Shown in pieces: positions 49,121 to 61,714 of a stretch of DNA of 64,000 bases. The translations under genes were made by a program, and so were the position numbers. The stretch is from Azolla caroliniana. Taxonomy: Eukaryota > Plantae > Polypodiophyta. The notes below the pieces were generated by a model, which saw nothing but the letters and a program-made list of their open reading frames with translations, made no database searches and was not told the origin of the DNA. The stretch is taken from contig JBHGNT010000007.1 of the NCBI GenBank assembly GCA_043228905.1, positions 21,886,001-21,950,000 of the forward strand, in the 5' to 3' direction. Position 1 is the stretch's first letter. The number at the start of each line of letters is the position of its first letter.

Positions 49121-49913
49121 AGCTATAATATAGGTATATATATACGATGAAATTTCTTCGAGAATTCACAAATAGTTTGTTGTAAATAGGTGAAAAGAAA
49201 TCTCTAGAAATTCAATCCAAGGAACTGAGACGATAGATCAAACCCTAATGGTGAGAGTCTCTATAAATAGAAGACCCAAATTTAGACCAAAACAAGCAAA
49301 CTAAAGAAGCAAAATTTAGTCAAAAAGAAGATGAAAGAGAGAAATTACATTTATTCTCTATTTCTCTTTTCCTTTTTTATTTCTTTTATTCTCGACCTTC
49401 AAGCTCTGTCCAACTCGCAGTGACGAAAATACAAACAGCATAAAAACAAACCAACAAATAAATAAATAAATTCAAGGAAAATATTTCCTCTTGGAATTTG
49501 GAAGAATAATATCTGTTATTGGGTTAATATTATTACAAAATACCCTTTGGTGTAGTATCACGTAATTACAGCTGATACCCTTCGTATTTTTGTTCTAAAT
49601 TCTAATACGTGACTCCCCCCCCATTCACACCTTAACATCTGAGTTTGAGCCTCGTCCATTGACTTTTTTCCTATTCCCGATGCTCCACTTCAAACCCTTG
49701 TTGTTCTGATCCACCCAAATTCTTTTACTAGTCCATCAAAACTAGTATTGCTCTCCTCTTTAAGGGCAAAAGTTTGGGAATTATATTCATGTAAAATCTC
49801 ATTGCCCAACAGGTCATAACTAATATGTATGGGTTTAATGATGCTAGTGATTGTTTTGAACTGATGGTATGATCTTTTCTTACATGACCCATTTCTTCTT
49901 ATTCAGAATAATT

Positions 49914-52154
49914 ATGGCTCCTAAAAGAAAAAACCAACGAACCATCAGTGCGATGTTTGCATGGAAACCACCCAACGATACCAATGACATAAATCTAAAC
50001 AATGATTTAAATGAGGATATGGATATGTTTGGGACTGATTTAGAGAGTTTAACTCGAGAGAGTTGTTCCTCTAATATAACTAAAGAAAAGCCTAAGAGAA
50101 AATTCCGTGAAGCATGGAGAGATAAATTCCCATGGATAAGATGCATTGTGCAAGGAGACAAAACATTAATGAAATGTGCATGGTGTGAGAAATACGCTAG
50201 TCCTGGGCCTTGGGGTCTTGGTTCTGGATGCATTACTTTGCAACTTGATGCAATTTTGACCCATGTCAACTCAAGTGGTCATAAATTATGTGCATCAAAG
50301 TGGATATGTGATGTTGAAGGGAAAGCAATGTCCATCCCAAAGCATGTATCACAATTAGATGATATTAACAAAAATAAGGTCATAACAACAATGAAACTCA
50401 TGTACTTTATTGCAAAAAAAGATTTGTCTATCGCTACATACCAAGAATTATGTGATTTGGCTGTGCTACTAGAGGTGCCTAATATGCCTAAGCAACATGA
50501 TTATATATCTTATACTAGTAGATATGGGGGATATGAATTTTTGGTTGCCTTCGGGAAATATCTTCTAGAAATTCAAAGCTCAAACCTAATAAATTCCCCA
50601 TACTACTCTTTGATGCTAGATGAAAGTACTGACAATGGATTAGAGTTGCATCTCATTATGTATGTTACATATTTGCAATGTGGTGGTTGTGGGCCTAAGC
50701 AAACTGAATATATGGGTTTGCTGAAAATTCTCAATGGTAAAGGTAGAACTATATATGAACATGTTAAGCATCTATTAGGCGATCGATGCCTCAACATGAA
50801 CAAGTTGATCGGATTGGCAACTGATGGTGCATCATCAATGATTGGTAGTGAAATTGGAACAGTAACATTAATGAAAAATGATATCCCAAATTTGGTTGGT
50901 GTACATTGTATAGCTCATAGAGAAGCATTGGTTATTTCAGATGTATCTAAAGATATCCCTGAGCTCATTCTTGTAGAAAAAATTGCAAATAAGGTATATG
51001 CATGGGCTAACAATAGTACCAAAAGGACACATGAAATTTTAGAGCTCTTGGAACAAATGCAATTGGATGCTCATAGACCATTACAAATTCATAATATTCG
51101 TTGGTTGTCACGTGGTCAAGTCATGGAAAGACTAGTGAGTATAATGCCTGCAATACTTACTATTTGGAAGAAAGAGAACTTAAACGAGTGGTATAATAAA
51201 GCTTGTATCTATAGTGTGCAATTTTGCTTTTGTATGATGGCTGATGTGTTGCATTTGATGAATATCTTGAGCTTGAAACTTCAAAAAGAGAATTTGGATG
51301 TAACTTCAATTGGTGCAGAAATTGATATTACAATTTCTAATTTGCGGAGGTCTTTCTTGAGAAATGACACATTTGCGGATGGAACAATGTATTTATCCAA
51401 GTTCTTAAGATGTTCTAAAGTTGGGTTTTTGGAAATAGAGGATAAAGATGGCGTTACATATAGACATGAACTATACTTCAAACAAATTCCTATGGATAAA
51501 GCAAGTCAAAATGATCCAAATCCCAATATTGCAAAATCTAAGGGAATGAGGCCATTTATAGATGGATCACTTGAAAGTTGTATTAAACTATCTCAAAATT
51601 ATGTGCAAAATGTTATTGATGGACTAAATGCAAGATTCCCTGACTTAAGCCTCTTCAATGCAGCAAAATTATTCAGCCCATGCCATTATGCAGATGATGA
51701 TGTGATTAGGGATAGTAAAGCAAAGACATGGTTGGGAATTTTGATTTCTCACTTACAGCCAAATGTTGATGTCAATGCATGTCCTCAAATTTCACATGAT
51801 GCAAAGGCTTGTGAAATGGAACTCTATAGGTTTGTTGACACTTTACGTTTAAATTGTGAAGGCTATACTATGCATGAAGCTTGGCGTATGTTTTGCAAAA
51901 TGAAGGATTGGCAAGATAGTTTCCCTCATTTGATGAAATTATGGCAAGCTACTTTGGTTATTCCTTCTAGCACAGTTTCGTGTGAGAGAGGGTTCTCTAA
52001 GCAAAATCTCATCAAAGAGATGAAAAGAAATCGATTGAATATAGAGCATTTAGATGATTTAATGCGAGTCTCATTGAATGGGCCACGCATTGAAGAAATA
52101 CAATGGGATCGTGTACATGAAATTTGGAAAGATGCAAAGGATAGAAGGATATAA
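49914..52154 (+). CDS. hAT transposase (ZNF862/Tip100-like)
   Basis: Likely start MAPKRK just after a TTCAG acceptor; N-terminal C..C..H..H zinc finger; catalytic LMLDESTD, ATDGAS, HCIAH, IRWLS, VSCERGFS; C-terminal dimerisation region. Confidence 0.93.
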   Translation: MAPKRKNQRTISAMFAWKPPNDTNDINLNNDLNEDMDMFGTDLESLTRESCSSNITKEKPKRKFREAWRDKFPWIRCIVQGDKTLMKCAWCEKYASPGPWGLGSGCITLQLDAILTHVNSSGHKLCASKWICDVEGKAMSIPKHVSQLDDINKNKVITTMKLMYFIAKKDLSIATYQELCDLAVLLEVPNMPKQHDYISYTSRYGGYEFLVAFGKYLLEIQSSNLINSPYYSLMLDESTDNGLELHLIMYVTYLQCGGCGPKQTEYMGLLKILNGKGRTIYEHVKHLLGDRCLNMNKLIGLATDGASSMIGSEIGTVTLMKNDIPNLVGVHCIAHREALVISDVSKDIPELILVEKIANKVYAWANNSTKRTHEILELLEQMQLDAHRPLQIHNIRWLSRGQVMERLVSIMPAILTIWKKENLNEWYNKACIYSVQFCFCMMADVLHLMNILSLKLQKENLDVTSIGAEIDITISNLRRSFLRNDTFADGTMYLSKFLRCSKVGFLEIEDKDGVTYRHELYFKQIPMDKASQNDPNPNIAKSKGMRPFIDGSLESCIKLSQNYVQNVIDGLNARFPDLSLFNAAKLFSPCHYADDDVIRDSKAKTWLGILISHLQPNVDVNACPQISHDAKACEMELYRFVDTLRLNCEGYTMHEAWRMFCKMKDWQDSFPHLMKLWQATLVIPSSTVSCERGFSKQNLIKEMKRNRLNIEHLDDLMRVSLNGPRIEEIQWDRVHEIWKDAKDRRI

Positions 52155-55100
52155 TATATTGTTTCGTACAAATATTCGATGTATTTACTTTTTGAAGGGC
52201 ATTTTTTTTGACAAACCGTCAATTTGACGGGCAAATTTTTTGGAATACCGTTCTCATGACAGACAATGTTAGCCGTCAAAAGGCAACACTGCAACCAAGT
52301 CAATACATTGGACAAGAAGTTTGACAAAACAAGTTAATCAACAGGTTCTACATGAACCCATACTATGGAAGTATGCCAACCAACCCCTTTCCAACCAAGT
52401 ACAAACTCCACCAAGAAACCAACAAAATAATACAAATGATATTGTCATGAGGAGAATGAGCACATATACATTGCATGATAGGTGATGCCTTAGATTAGCC
52501 AAATGACACTACGAAAATAGTAGCAATTTATGTTAAGTTTCAAACTCTTTATCATGGTTGATGACTCATTTATCTATTTGTTCTAAGTACGTTATAGAGA
52601 ATCATATTCCTTAGTCACAATGACAACGAGAACACAACACACTACTTGTTATAACCTAATGAATCCCAAAAACAATTGGACTACAAGCTATAATTTATGG
52701 ATATTATAGTAAAGATATATAATATTTAATCCTGCTACAAATGTGTTACTATAAAACATGTTTAAGGAATGGTTCGTTCCCCATGTTATTTAACATTCAT
52801 GAGCATCATAAGTGGTAACTTGTCAATGGTTTAAATATTGAAGATAACCATCATCAAGGTCTTTGATAATTTGTGCTTATGATCTTTACCATCCCTCTTA
52901 ATTCAGAATGTTTAGCTATCTGCAAAGTTCACTTGTATCATGGATTGTATATATCCTTCATTGTTCTTATTGTATCACTCTATATCACCAAGATAATTTC
53001 ACATCGTTGTAGTTACTTTCGATGTGGGTGACAAGCCACTCATGTTACCTAGGTATGACATATGTAAATGTTTTTTTTAGCTACTTTTCGAACATCAAGA
53101 TTCACTTTCATTTGCTTTTCAATTTGTCTTTCACCTTTTTTCACTCGTGACTTGTGAGTTGTAAACGCCTTTTTCCAATTGTGTTTTGTTATCATCTCTT
53201 TTGTAACGATACTTTCCCATTCATGTAAATGGAAAATGGTCGGACCCTTTTAAGCGACGGTCTCTCACCACTCAAATGTAAGAACATAAAATCTTTACAT
53301 TTTCTTATCTTTATTTAAATCTGGTTTCAATGGAAACATGCCATAATAGAACCTTCAATACGAATAGAGAAATATGATAAGCTTTCCACAAATGTGTGGT
53401 CATGCCATCGCCCATTCCAATTTTTGCTCCTAAGTATTTTCAACTTGTTTTCTTCATGTAATTATTTTCATATGTACCTATATTTATAGTTTCATATATC
53501 TTTTTGTTGCCAAAGATGTTAAAAACAAGGTTTCACTCAAATTTACAAATTTAGTTGAGAATTTGGTACATTTGAATGGAAATTTGGGATGTATGGCAAA
53601 CTAAAGTGGCATTTTGATCATTTCCCATTTGATTTACTTCCAAATGTAATTTCTTGTTTCCCATTTAATGAGTTGTTTTACTAGTGAGCTCATGGGTCAT
53701 GTGTATTTAGGAATTAATTTAGCATAATGACGAGTTTTTAATAGTGAAGAAGTCATTTTAACTTGTATGACATGACAAGGGTTTAAATGTTCAGTTCCTA
53801 TCCATTTGACATGGTACATATACACATTTCATCCTAAGAGAGGTTTGCTTGTCATAAAACATAATTACATTCCTTCTCAAGAAAAACCCACATGTTGTAA
53901 GGAGTTGGAATACGTCTGAGCGTAGGTTACTTAGAATGAAATAGATAATGATGTGACATTTTTTATTGGGTTTACCTTAGATGATGAGTATTACTCGATG
54001 ATGTGATGCCCTTTCCTAACGAGGAGTACTGGGCTTGAAGAACATAACTTAGAAGAATGGCTAGATATGGTTCTATCTTTCTTGTAATGTCTTGAATGTG
54101 CTCAATATGCCTTGGTCGTCTCTAAGCTTATAAGTTGATAAACACTTGTCAAATATTTTTCATATAGTGGAAACTAACACACTCAGATACATTTAATTTG
54201 CAATTTACAAAAGGCAATCATATTCCAAACAAACCGTAAAAAGCACAAGGTATGTGACCAAGTTACTGATACATGGGAGTAATCAACGAAACTCATGGTG
54301 CATATAGATATGTTGAAGAAACATCTCGTTCCTTTGTATGTTCTTTCCAATCTCTATCCATTCAATTTGCCGTAACCTTTTTGTACTACCAATAATGCAC
54401 CCTTGAAATTCCTATATTTGTTGTTTTAACACCTTACGAAATAAAATAGGAATATCAATTCTCGACATCTTCTAGTATATGTTATTGATGTATATGTATA
54501 TATTTGCATATCCTAAAGCCACTTTCAACATTAAGATTTCTCGCTCAAATTTTATAGACAAAAAGTGGAGGCAACAATAGCATTTCAAAATGGATTGATC
54601 CCAAACAATTCACCCTACCTTTTGGCATATAACGTGAGGACGAAATCAAATCAGTAACATCAATTATTTCTTTTCTATTTATCATCATTACGAAATGTCA
54701 CTCAAGGCCAAGTTTATTCTAAACTTGCGGTGAAAAGAGAATTAACTTCAAAACAATAGCCAACATTCATCGAAATAAGTTCAAAGTCCTTTCTGGTATG
54801 GCCTTAGAAAGGTTGTACTCAAGAATTGCAAAGTTATGAGGTGACGGAAGTATCTTTGGTTGTTGGCTTTGTCATTAGTTTTTAAAGGGGGTGCTCCTCT
54901 GCTTCAGTGCCTTTGGAAATGTGGGTTTTCCAATGAGCCAATGTGGTAAAATCCTCTTGATGTAGAGACAAGTTGCTAACTATAGAGCAAACATATAATC
55001 TTGGATAAACTTGCATTTTTTGGAGATAAGGTGCTAAATTATTTAAGCTTCAAGGCTAATTCGAATGCCACCTTATCTTTGGTTTTCTCATGAGGGAAGA

Positions 55101-57299
55101 TACCTTGCTTCATATGAGTTGTTTTGACTCCCTCTTAAATTTGTATATATGTACAATGTATTATGTATGTATTATGTAGGGAGTTATATAACGGTTAATA
55201 AATCTTTTGTAAAAGTAGGGACTTGGGTAATGGTTAATAAATATTTTGTTTTAGAGTCATGTCACATGCTATGCTTACATATTTATCAACCATCCTCCTC
55301 CATTTAAGGATGAACGGAAAGGTGTGATACGATGCAAAATATCTAAAATCAGATGTGCCGTATTTAGCACCCTATCATTTCAATGTGATATGCCACAATC
55401 ACCTACATACATGACTCATTTTCAAACCGTATTATAAGGCAAACATCTATGTTTATACTTACAAATTAAGAGGCACCTTTCTTGTCATATCATACACCTA
55501 TTCATGTCACGCTCAAGCCTTAAAATCAATCTAGAGCTTTGTTTTCTAATAATTTGATTTGTAAATTGTAATAATGATCTACGGAGTAGCACTTCATATC
55601 TTACAACATCTAAAGTAGAAGCATCATACATGAAAATAGTTTGGAAGTTTACTTAGTTATATTAGCTTGAATGCCTTTAAGGTCACACTTTATGATCCAA
55701 ATTTAGTCGGATACATATATATTATACCCAAATCTAATTTATAAGATTGTACAATTAAAAGCCTAAATGTCATTGGCATGTGTCTTGTAGAGTGTGTCCG
55801 GAATATCTAAAGTGTGTTGTGAAGCAAGTCATGGAATGACGTTATTTACTATATAATACAATTGCTTTTCAATTCTTTGTTGATGAGTCTCCGGGCAGTT
55901 AGGCGTTACTTTTAGTTGTGACATCTGTCAAAAGGAACCAATATCTTGCTATGTGAATCTCGAGATATATGGCGAAGAACAACTTTACTTTGGTAATAAA
56001 GTTGGGAGATTTGCGTACCGATACGAATACAGATAGCATTCCTAATTAATGGACACCATACATATTAGCAGGACAAATGTTAGGGGTAGCATAAAAAAAT
56101 ATGCTCCATATGAGGAGCAATATCAACTCTACCCCTTGTAGTTTTAAAACATTAGTAATGACCCGAACTACAAAATGTCCATCAATATTTTACTTTACGA
56201 AAAAGTGCAAATGTTGCGTTCACTCTTTTACCAGAAGAATGTGTAACAACTTAAAACATTTACTCTTTAGCTTAGCTTTTATGGAGTATGCTTAATAAGA
56301 TACGGCTTACACTTTTGTAAAATCTGGCAAACTTTCTTGAATTCAACACAACAATCAACATTTGGTGAATCATTATGTTGAATTTCAAATTTTGTTAATG
56401 TGATTTGAATCGGATGCAATAATGAATTAGCTTTCGATGCACTATGAATTGACCCGAATTAAACATGATACTTAATGATTAGAAGTCGGCGAAAATTAGC
56501 TCAATAGGATAATGGAATGTTAAAATATATCACATTTATAAGTTTGATTGTTTTGTTAGGGGTAACGCCAATATTTCTAGTAGAGATAAATATGCATGGT
56601 TTGTTGGTTTGCTTTTGGCTCGAATCAAATCATTGCAAATTGCTAACATTAAAGTGAAGTTTTTTCATGTGGTTGATGTACACGCACCACACACACACAC
56701 ATGTAAAGATGATTCAAACATAATTGTTGGAAAGAATGGAGACCAACAAATCATGAAACGAATACAAGTTGATTGTCGGCATCGATTATGTAAATCAACG
56801 ACAAAGCGATTTGTTCTTCCTTGATATGTTTTTATTCATATGGACAATAGATCAACATTTATCCTTAAAGAGTAGTACCACATTCATGTAAGTTTGTCAA
56901 TGATGCCGACGCACACGAAAAGTAACTATTAGTTCTTAAACCCAAGATTATTTTTATGGAAAACAGACTTACATCGATGTCCACTTAAAGATGAGGGCAA
57001 GGAAATTGTACGGCTAATGTTGAGAAACAAGAGGTGTTTGAATCACAAATTAATACAATGTTTGATGGAGACTTGCACTTTAAATGTGCATAATATAAAG
57101 ATATGCATCGACATTTCCACATTGAAAATTTGTTTATGGATGGACCACAATTGGTAGGCTTTGCTTACATGGAACTCATTTTCATCGAGCACACCATGGT
57201 CGGCGGGTGCTAACATTAGCTCTCAAGTGGCAAAAATTAGCTATCACATGTACCTAGAATTGACTCTATTTAGTTCTTTGTTTGACAAGTTTGTGTGGC

Positions 57300-57460
57300 C
57301 AAGCAAACATCACAAAGAAAAACAAGTCTTTTAAGAGCCAAGCAAACATTGTAAAGAAAAACAAGTCTTTTAAGGGTGAAGCAAACATCTTAAAGAAAAA
57401 CAAGTCTTTTAAGGGAAAACATAAACATAGTAAAGAAACACAAGTCTTTTAAGGGAAACA
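57300..57460. repeat. Minisatellite (~39 bp x4)
   Basis: aagcaaacat...aaagaaaaacaagtcttttaag repeated head-to-tail. Confidence 0.85.
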
Positions 57461-57769
57461 TATCCTAAGTAGCATGGCATTGCTTCGGGAAGTACTTGAG
57501 ATCGAAACATATGATCGAGCTTTAAGATGATTTGTGTTCTTCGAGTCGAGAGAATCGAGAGATGCGAACAAATGATTTCAAATTGTGAGGAGGAAGATCA
57601 AAGTCACCAAATAAGAGAAGCCCATTCGACATGGGGTATGTGACAATCGAGTGATTAAGTAGTGCATTTGATCTCGATAGAGCCAGACATTAGGTGATGC
57701 GATGCGAACCAAAGGGTAGAGGATCGAAAAGGCTTTATGTATATGAAAGTGCTATCTAAGGAGGGTATT

Positions 57770-57955
57770 TTTGAGATTTTCCTATAATACATTGAAGGGT
57801 AGTCTGTGAGATTTAGTCCTATAATACATTGAGGGTTAGTCTTTGAGATTTAGTCCTATAAATACATTGAGGATTAGTCTTTGAGATTTAGTCCTATAAT
57901 ACATTGAAGATTAGTCTTTGAGATTTAGTCCTATATAATACAATTGAAGGGATAT
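57770..57955. repeat. Minisatellite (~38 bp x5)
   Basis: ttgagatttagtcctataatacattgag..ttagtct repeated head-to-tail. Confidence 0.85.
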
Positions 57956-59371
57956 TTGTTTGGAGATTATGGGAAACAAAAAGATCACCTTAGAAATTAG
58001 AGCATATATTAATCATTCATTTTCAATCAGAAAAGACTTTCTAAAAGTCAGTCAAAAAAAAATTCAAGTAAAGAAAGAAAGAAAGAAGCAATAATGATGA
58101 AATAAATAAATAAATAAAGTAAAGTTTTGGTTAAATAATTTCACTATTATTATGTATTTATTGCCTCTTAAATTCAAGTGAAGACAGATTTTTCTTCTGC
58201 AATGGGAGGGGAGAAAAGGTATTAAATGCAATTGATTTATCAGGGTTAGCACAAAAGTTAATTAATTGATGTTGATTAATTTGAACATATACATATATGT
58301 ATTGCATTCATTTCACACAAATTTTATTGGGTTTTGAGAAAGCAAACAAAATGCGATTTCATTGATATGTAAATTGTTATTGACAAAATTTGAATCCATT
58401 TGATTTCAACACTTTTAGTATGTATATGGATTTTGAAAATTACCTTTTTGTTTTCTTGCGAAAAGTCTATATGAACATTTAGCTAATCAATGATTATTAT
58501 TCAGATTTTGCACAAATTATTGAATGCAAAGGAAAATTAAAAACCCATTTTGTTTTTGAGGATGACTGCAAACTTTGATACTTATTTGATTTAGTTTTCA
58601 ATGACGCAAAAAGAATTTTTTTCCCTGAATTTGGTGTTTCATTTCGGGGTTCCTCTGTTTCTGGCCATGACTCTATATTAGACAGACAGTGTGTATTCTG
58701 TAATAGCTATATATTAGACCCCGATTTACTCTTGCTGCCAATCCCTCTCTTTGTCTCTCTCTGTCTCTTTTGGGCTGCTAAAACAGCGCAGCTAGCTTCT
58801 TAATGGCAGGTATTAATCAGTGATTTAGTGTTGATTAGTGAGTGAATTAGTTCTGTTGCCAAATCCCTCTCCTTGTGTTGTGTTGGGTAGAGCATCTAGC
58901 ATATATTAATAATATGATTAGCGATTGATTTAATGTTGGCAAGCCTCTGTTTTGGGTTGCCAAAACAGAGCATCTAACACTTGAAGGGGTTGCTAATCTC
59001 ATTGTTTTATATAGCTAAATCAGAGCACATAGCATTAAAAGAGTCCTCTAGTTTTATTGCTAATCTCTTTGGCGTATAAATAGCTAAGAGCAAAGAAGAA
59101 GTATAAGGGAACCATTTAGATTAACAAAGAGTATGGTAGAGTAATTAAGCATCTGATTAGTGGAGCTTAAGCTTATATGTATTGAGAACGTATTAGAGAG
59201 TGATTGCAGCATCTGTATGCATAAATAGACGGTGGCTAATCCCAATTGGTTTAACTAATTACCATCTATATTACACTCAGAGCACGATTAGGCCCTCAAA
59301 GTTTGGTGATGCTTTAGTCAAGGAGAAGCTTCCATGTCTGCTTGATTGAAATAGCTAGCAATAGCAAAGGT

Positions 59372-61714
59372 ATGGGCAAGATCAAGGGTGCAGTGAAGGT
59401 CAATGAATGCCCTAACCCTAATCTGAGCAGGGGGGTATGTTTCTCTTATGCTGCATATGCATGTAATGTGATAAACCATCTCAGGAAATGCAATGTGCCC
59501 ATCTCAAAGGGCTTATCTGAACAGGAATTTGATCACATAACCTCCCTCTTTGGCATCACTTTTCCTCCTGATCTTCGGTCCATCTTGCAAGAAGGACTGC
59601 CTGTTGGATATGGTTTCCCAAATTGGAGGCTTTCTTCTGACAAAAACCTCCTCCATATGATCAACCTCCCATTTAAAGACCTCTTCCAAGAGGTCTGCAG
59701 GGGATCATTTTGGTGGAAACAGTGGGGGTGCAAGCCTCAGAACAAAAGGGAGGCTCTGGAGATAGCACTGAGAATGCTAAAACAAGCACCTAAGCTGGTT
59801 CCAATATACTCACATTGCTACATTCCTTGCTCTCCAAATGTGGTGGGTAACCCCATCTTTCTGGTGTTCAAGAGACAGGTATTCTATAGTGGTTATGATC
59901 TTGCTGATTTCTTTGGAAGAGAAGTCTTCATTCCTTGGAATGAGGTGTCAAAGATCCCCATGGCTTGCTCAGCTTTTGTTGGTGATGGTGATGGTGATGG
60001 TGATGGTGGTGATGATGGTGATGGTGATGATGATGATGATGGACTCTTTGGTTTGGAGAATAGAGTGTGGTCAATCAAAGAGGAGTCTAGAGATAGTGCC
60101 AATGTATGTAGAGCATATCATGATGGTCTTAAGGATGACCATGCTCATGCTAATGGCCATGCTAATGTTGATAAAGATTGCCAGTTTCAGGCTCATATAG
60201 ATGTAGAATTTGATCATGGTGATTGTCCTGGTCAATGTGATTTTCATGACCACAGTGATGATGATGGTGATGGTGATGGTGAATGTGATGGTGAAGAGGA
60301 TAGTATTGGACAGGCTCGTAGTCATAATGATAATATGGATTGTCATGACTATGTCGATGGTGATGATGATCATATGGGTGATCATACTTGTGCTAATTGT
60401 GAAAATCATAAACTTAATGATTCTGATGTTCTTGTTGATAGCCATGTCCAAGATCAAGGTCCAGGTCAAGGTCAAATCCAGATTGTGGATGAAATACATA
60501 GCAACTTTGAGGAAACCATAGAAAATCAAGATATAACCGGAAAACAAAGTGACAAATGTCAAGGTCAAGGTCAAGGCCAGATTGTGGATGAAATGCATTG
60601 CAACTTTGAGGAAAGCTTAGAAAATCAGGATATAACTGGAAAACAAAGTGAGAAATGTCAAAGTCAAGGTCAAGGTCAAGGAGAATCTCCTCGTGGGCGC
60701 CATTCTCATTCGGTCAATGGAATGTTCCTTTGTGAACACTGGACAATGACAAGTGGAAGACAAAGTCTTGGTCATCATTGGTCTCATACTAAGATGATTG
60801 ATGAAACGGACATCCGAGAACCGGGGCAGATGATAATTGGAAGGCAAAGTGAGCAAGGTCAAGGCCATCATTGGCATCATTCTCAGTCTCAGATTGTGGA
60901 TGGAATGAACCCTCGAGAGCAAGGGCTGATGATATTATCCGGAAGACAAAGTGCATCGGCAGAATGTTGTACAAGGGACTACGAGGTTATGCATTCGAAT
61001 AATGAAGGGAAGGTTAGATCGCGAAGTGTTGCCCGATGGAATCCCTCTGAATCACACCGACAAGTCTCGTGTCCGAGAATCATGTCTAGCTATGCGTATT
61101 TTCATCATCAAACCCTATCCAACAAAATGAAAGCACAATTCACCATTTCTGCCCCATCTTGGGCCGCAAAATCGCCCCGCCACATACCCTTTTGGGGTGA
61201 CCTAGTAGTGGAAGCCGAAGAAGATCTCTGTGATTCAAACCCTATGCCAATGAAGGAGTTGAACTTAAATGTAGGTTTGGAGCCCTTGAATAAGGTGAAT
61301 CCGAAGGAGGCTAACAATGCAAATCACAATCATTCAAGCAAAAGATTGCTAGGGAACTATCTCAAGGATGTGGAAAGAACCTTGAGGAAAGGGGGATGGA
61401 AAGACGATGAGATTGATGATATGATTGTTTCGGTCGCTCCCTCGGATGAGAATGGAATCTCGCGCATTCGGACTCGAGCCGAGATGCAAGATGCCTTGAT
61501 CAAGAATGCCGATGCCATGTTTTTGTCGCTACAGAAAGCTGGGTGGAATGCTCAAGATGCACTAGAAATTCTCAACCTCGATCCTAAGCATGCCAGTACT
61601 AGCAAACGAATACTGAATAAGGATAATGTGAAACCGAAGAAAGACCGTTTGAAACTCGGCGACTTTCTCGGGAAAAGCATCGTGTTTGCTTCGGAACCAA
61701 CCAAGGCTTTATAA
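59372..61714 (+). CDS. Plant SMI1/KNR4 (SUKH)-like uncharacterised protein (At3g50340/At5g67020/At2g22790 family) with large low-complexity insertion
   Basis: Single-exon ORF, first ATG at 59372. Family motifs CFSYAAYA..GLSEQEF..FPPDLRSILQEGLPVG.GFPNWR, FWWKQWG, APKLVPIYSHCYIPC.P...GNPIF, GYDLADFF, SWAAKSPRHIPFW and two L.K.GW repeats. Confidence 0.85.
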   Translation: MGKIKGAVKVNECPNPNLSRGVCFSYAAYACNVINHLRKCNVPISKGLSEQEFDHITSLFGITFPPDLRSILQEGLPVGYGFPNWRLSSDKNLLHMINLPFKDLFQEVCRGSFWWKQWGCKPQNKREALEIALRMLKQAPKLVPIYSHCYIPCSPNVVGNPIFLVFKRQVFYSGYDLADFFGREVFIPWNEVSKIPMACSAFVGDGDGDGDGGDDGDGDDDDDGLFGLENRVWSIKEESRDSANVCRAYHDGLKDDHAHANGHANVDKDCQFQAHIDVEFDHGDCPGQCDFHDHSDDDGDGDGECDGEEDSIGQARSHNDNMDCHDYVDGDDDHMGDHTCANCENHKLNDSDVLVDSHVQDQGPGQGQIQIVDEIHSNFEETIENQDITGKQSDKCQGQGQGQIVDEMHCNFEESLENQDITGKQSEKCQSQGQGQGESPRGRHSHSVNGMFLCEHWTMTSGRQSLGHHWSHTKMIDETDIREPGQMIIGRQSEQGQGHHWHHSQSQIVDGMNPREQGLMILSGRQSASAECCTRDYEVMHSNNEGKVRSRSVARWNPSESHRQVSCPRIMSSYAYFHHQTLSNKMKAQFTISAPSWAAKSPRHIPFWGDLVVEAEEDLCDSNPMPMKELNLNVGLEPLNKVNPKEANNANHNHSSKRLLGNYLKDVERTLRKGGWKDDEIDDMIVSVAPSDENGISRIRTRAEMQDALIKNADAMFLSLQKAGWNAQDALEILNLDPKHASTSKRILNKDNVKPKKDRLKLGDFLGKSIVFASEPTKAL

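Larger units (their letters stand above)
47160..52291 (+). mobile_element. Intact autonomous hAT DNA transposon (5132 bp)
   Basis: Perfect 20-bp TIRs CAGTGTTGCCTTTTGACGGC / GCCGTCAAAAGGCAACACTG; 8-bp TSD CAACCAAG at 47152-47159 and 52292-52299; subterminal CCGTCAA/TTGACGG motifs; uninterrupted transposase ORF. Confidence 0.97.

Noticed and set aside
54860-55090. Possible hAT dimerisation-domain remnant
   Set aside because: Too degenerate to support by eye.
59838-60598. Met/Val- and Ile/Thr-rich ORFs overlapping the SUKH-like gene
   Set aside because: Alternative-frame and antisense artefacts of GAT/GGT repeats.
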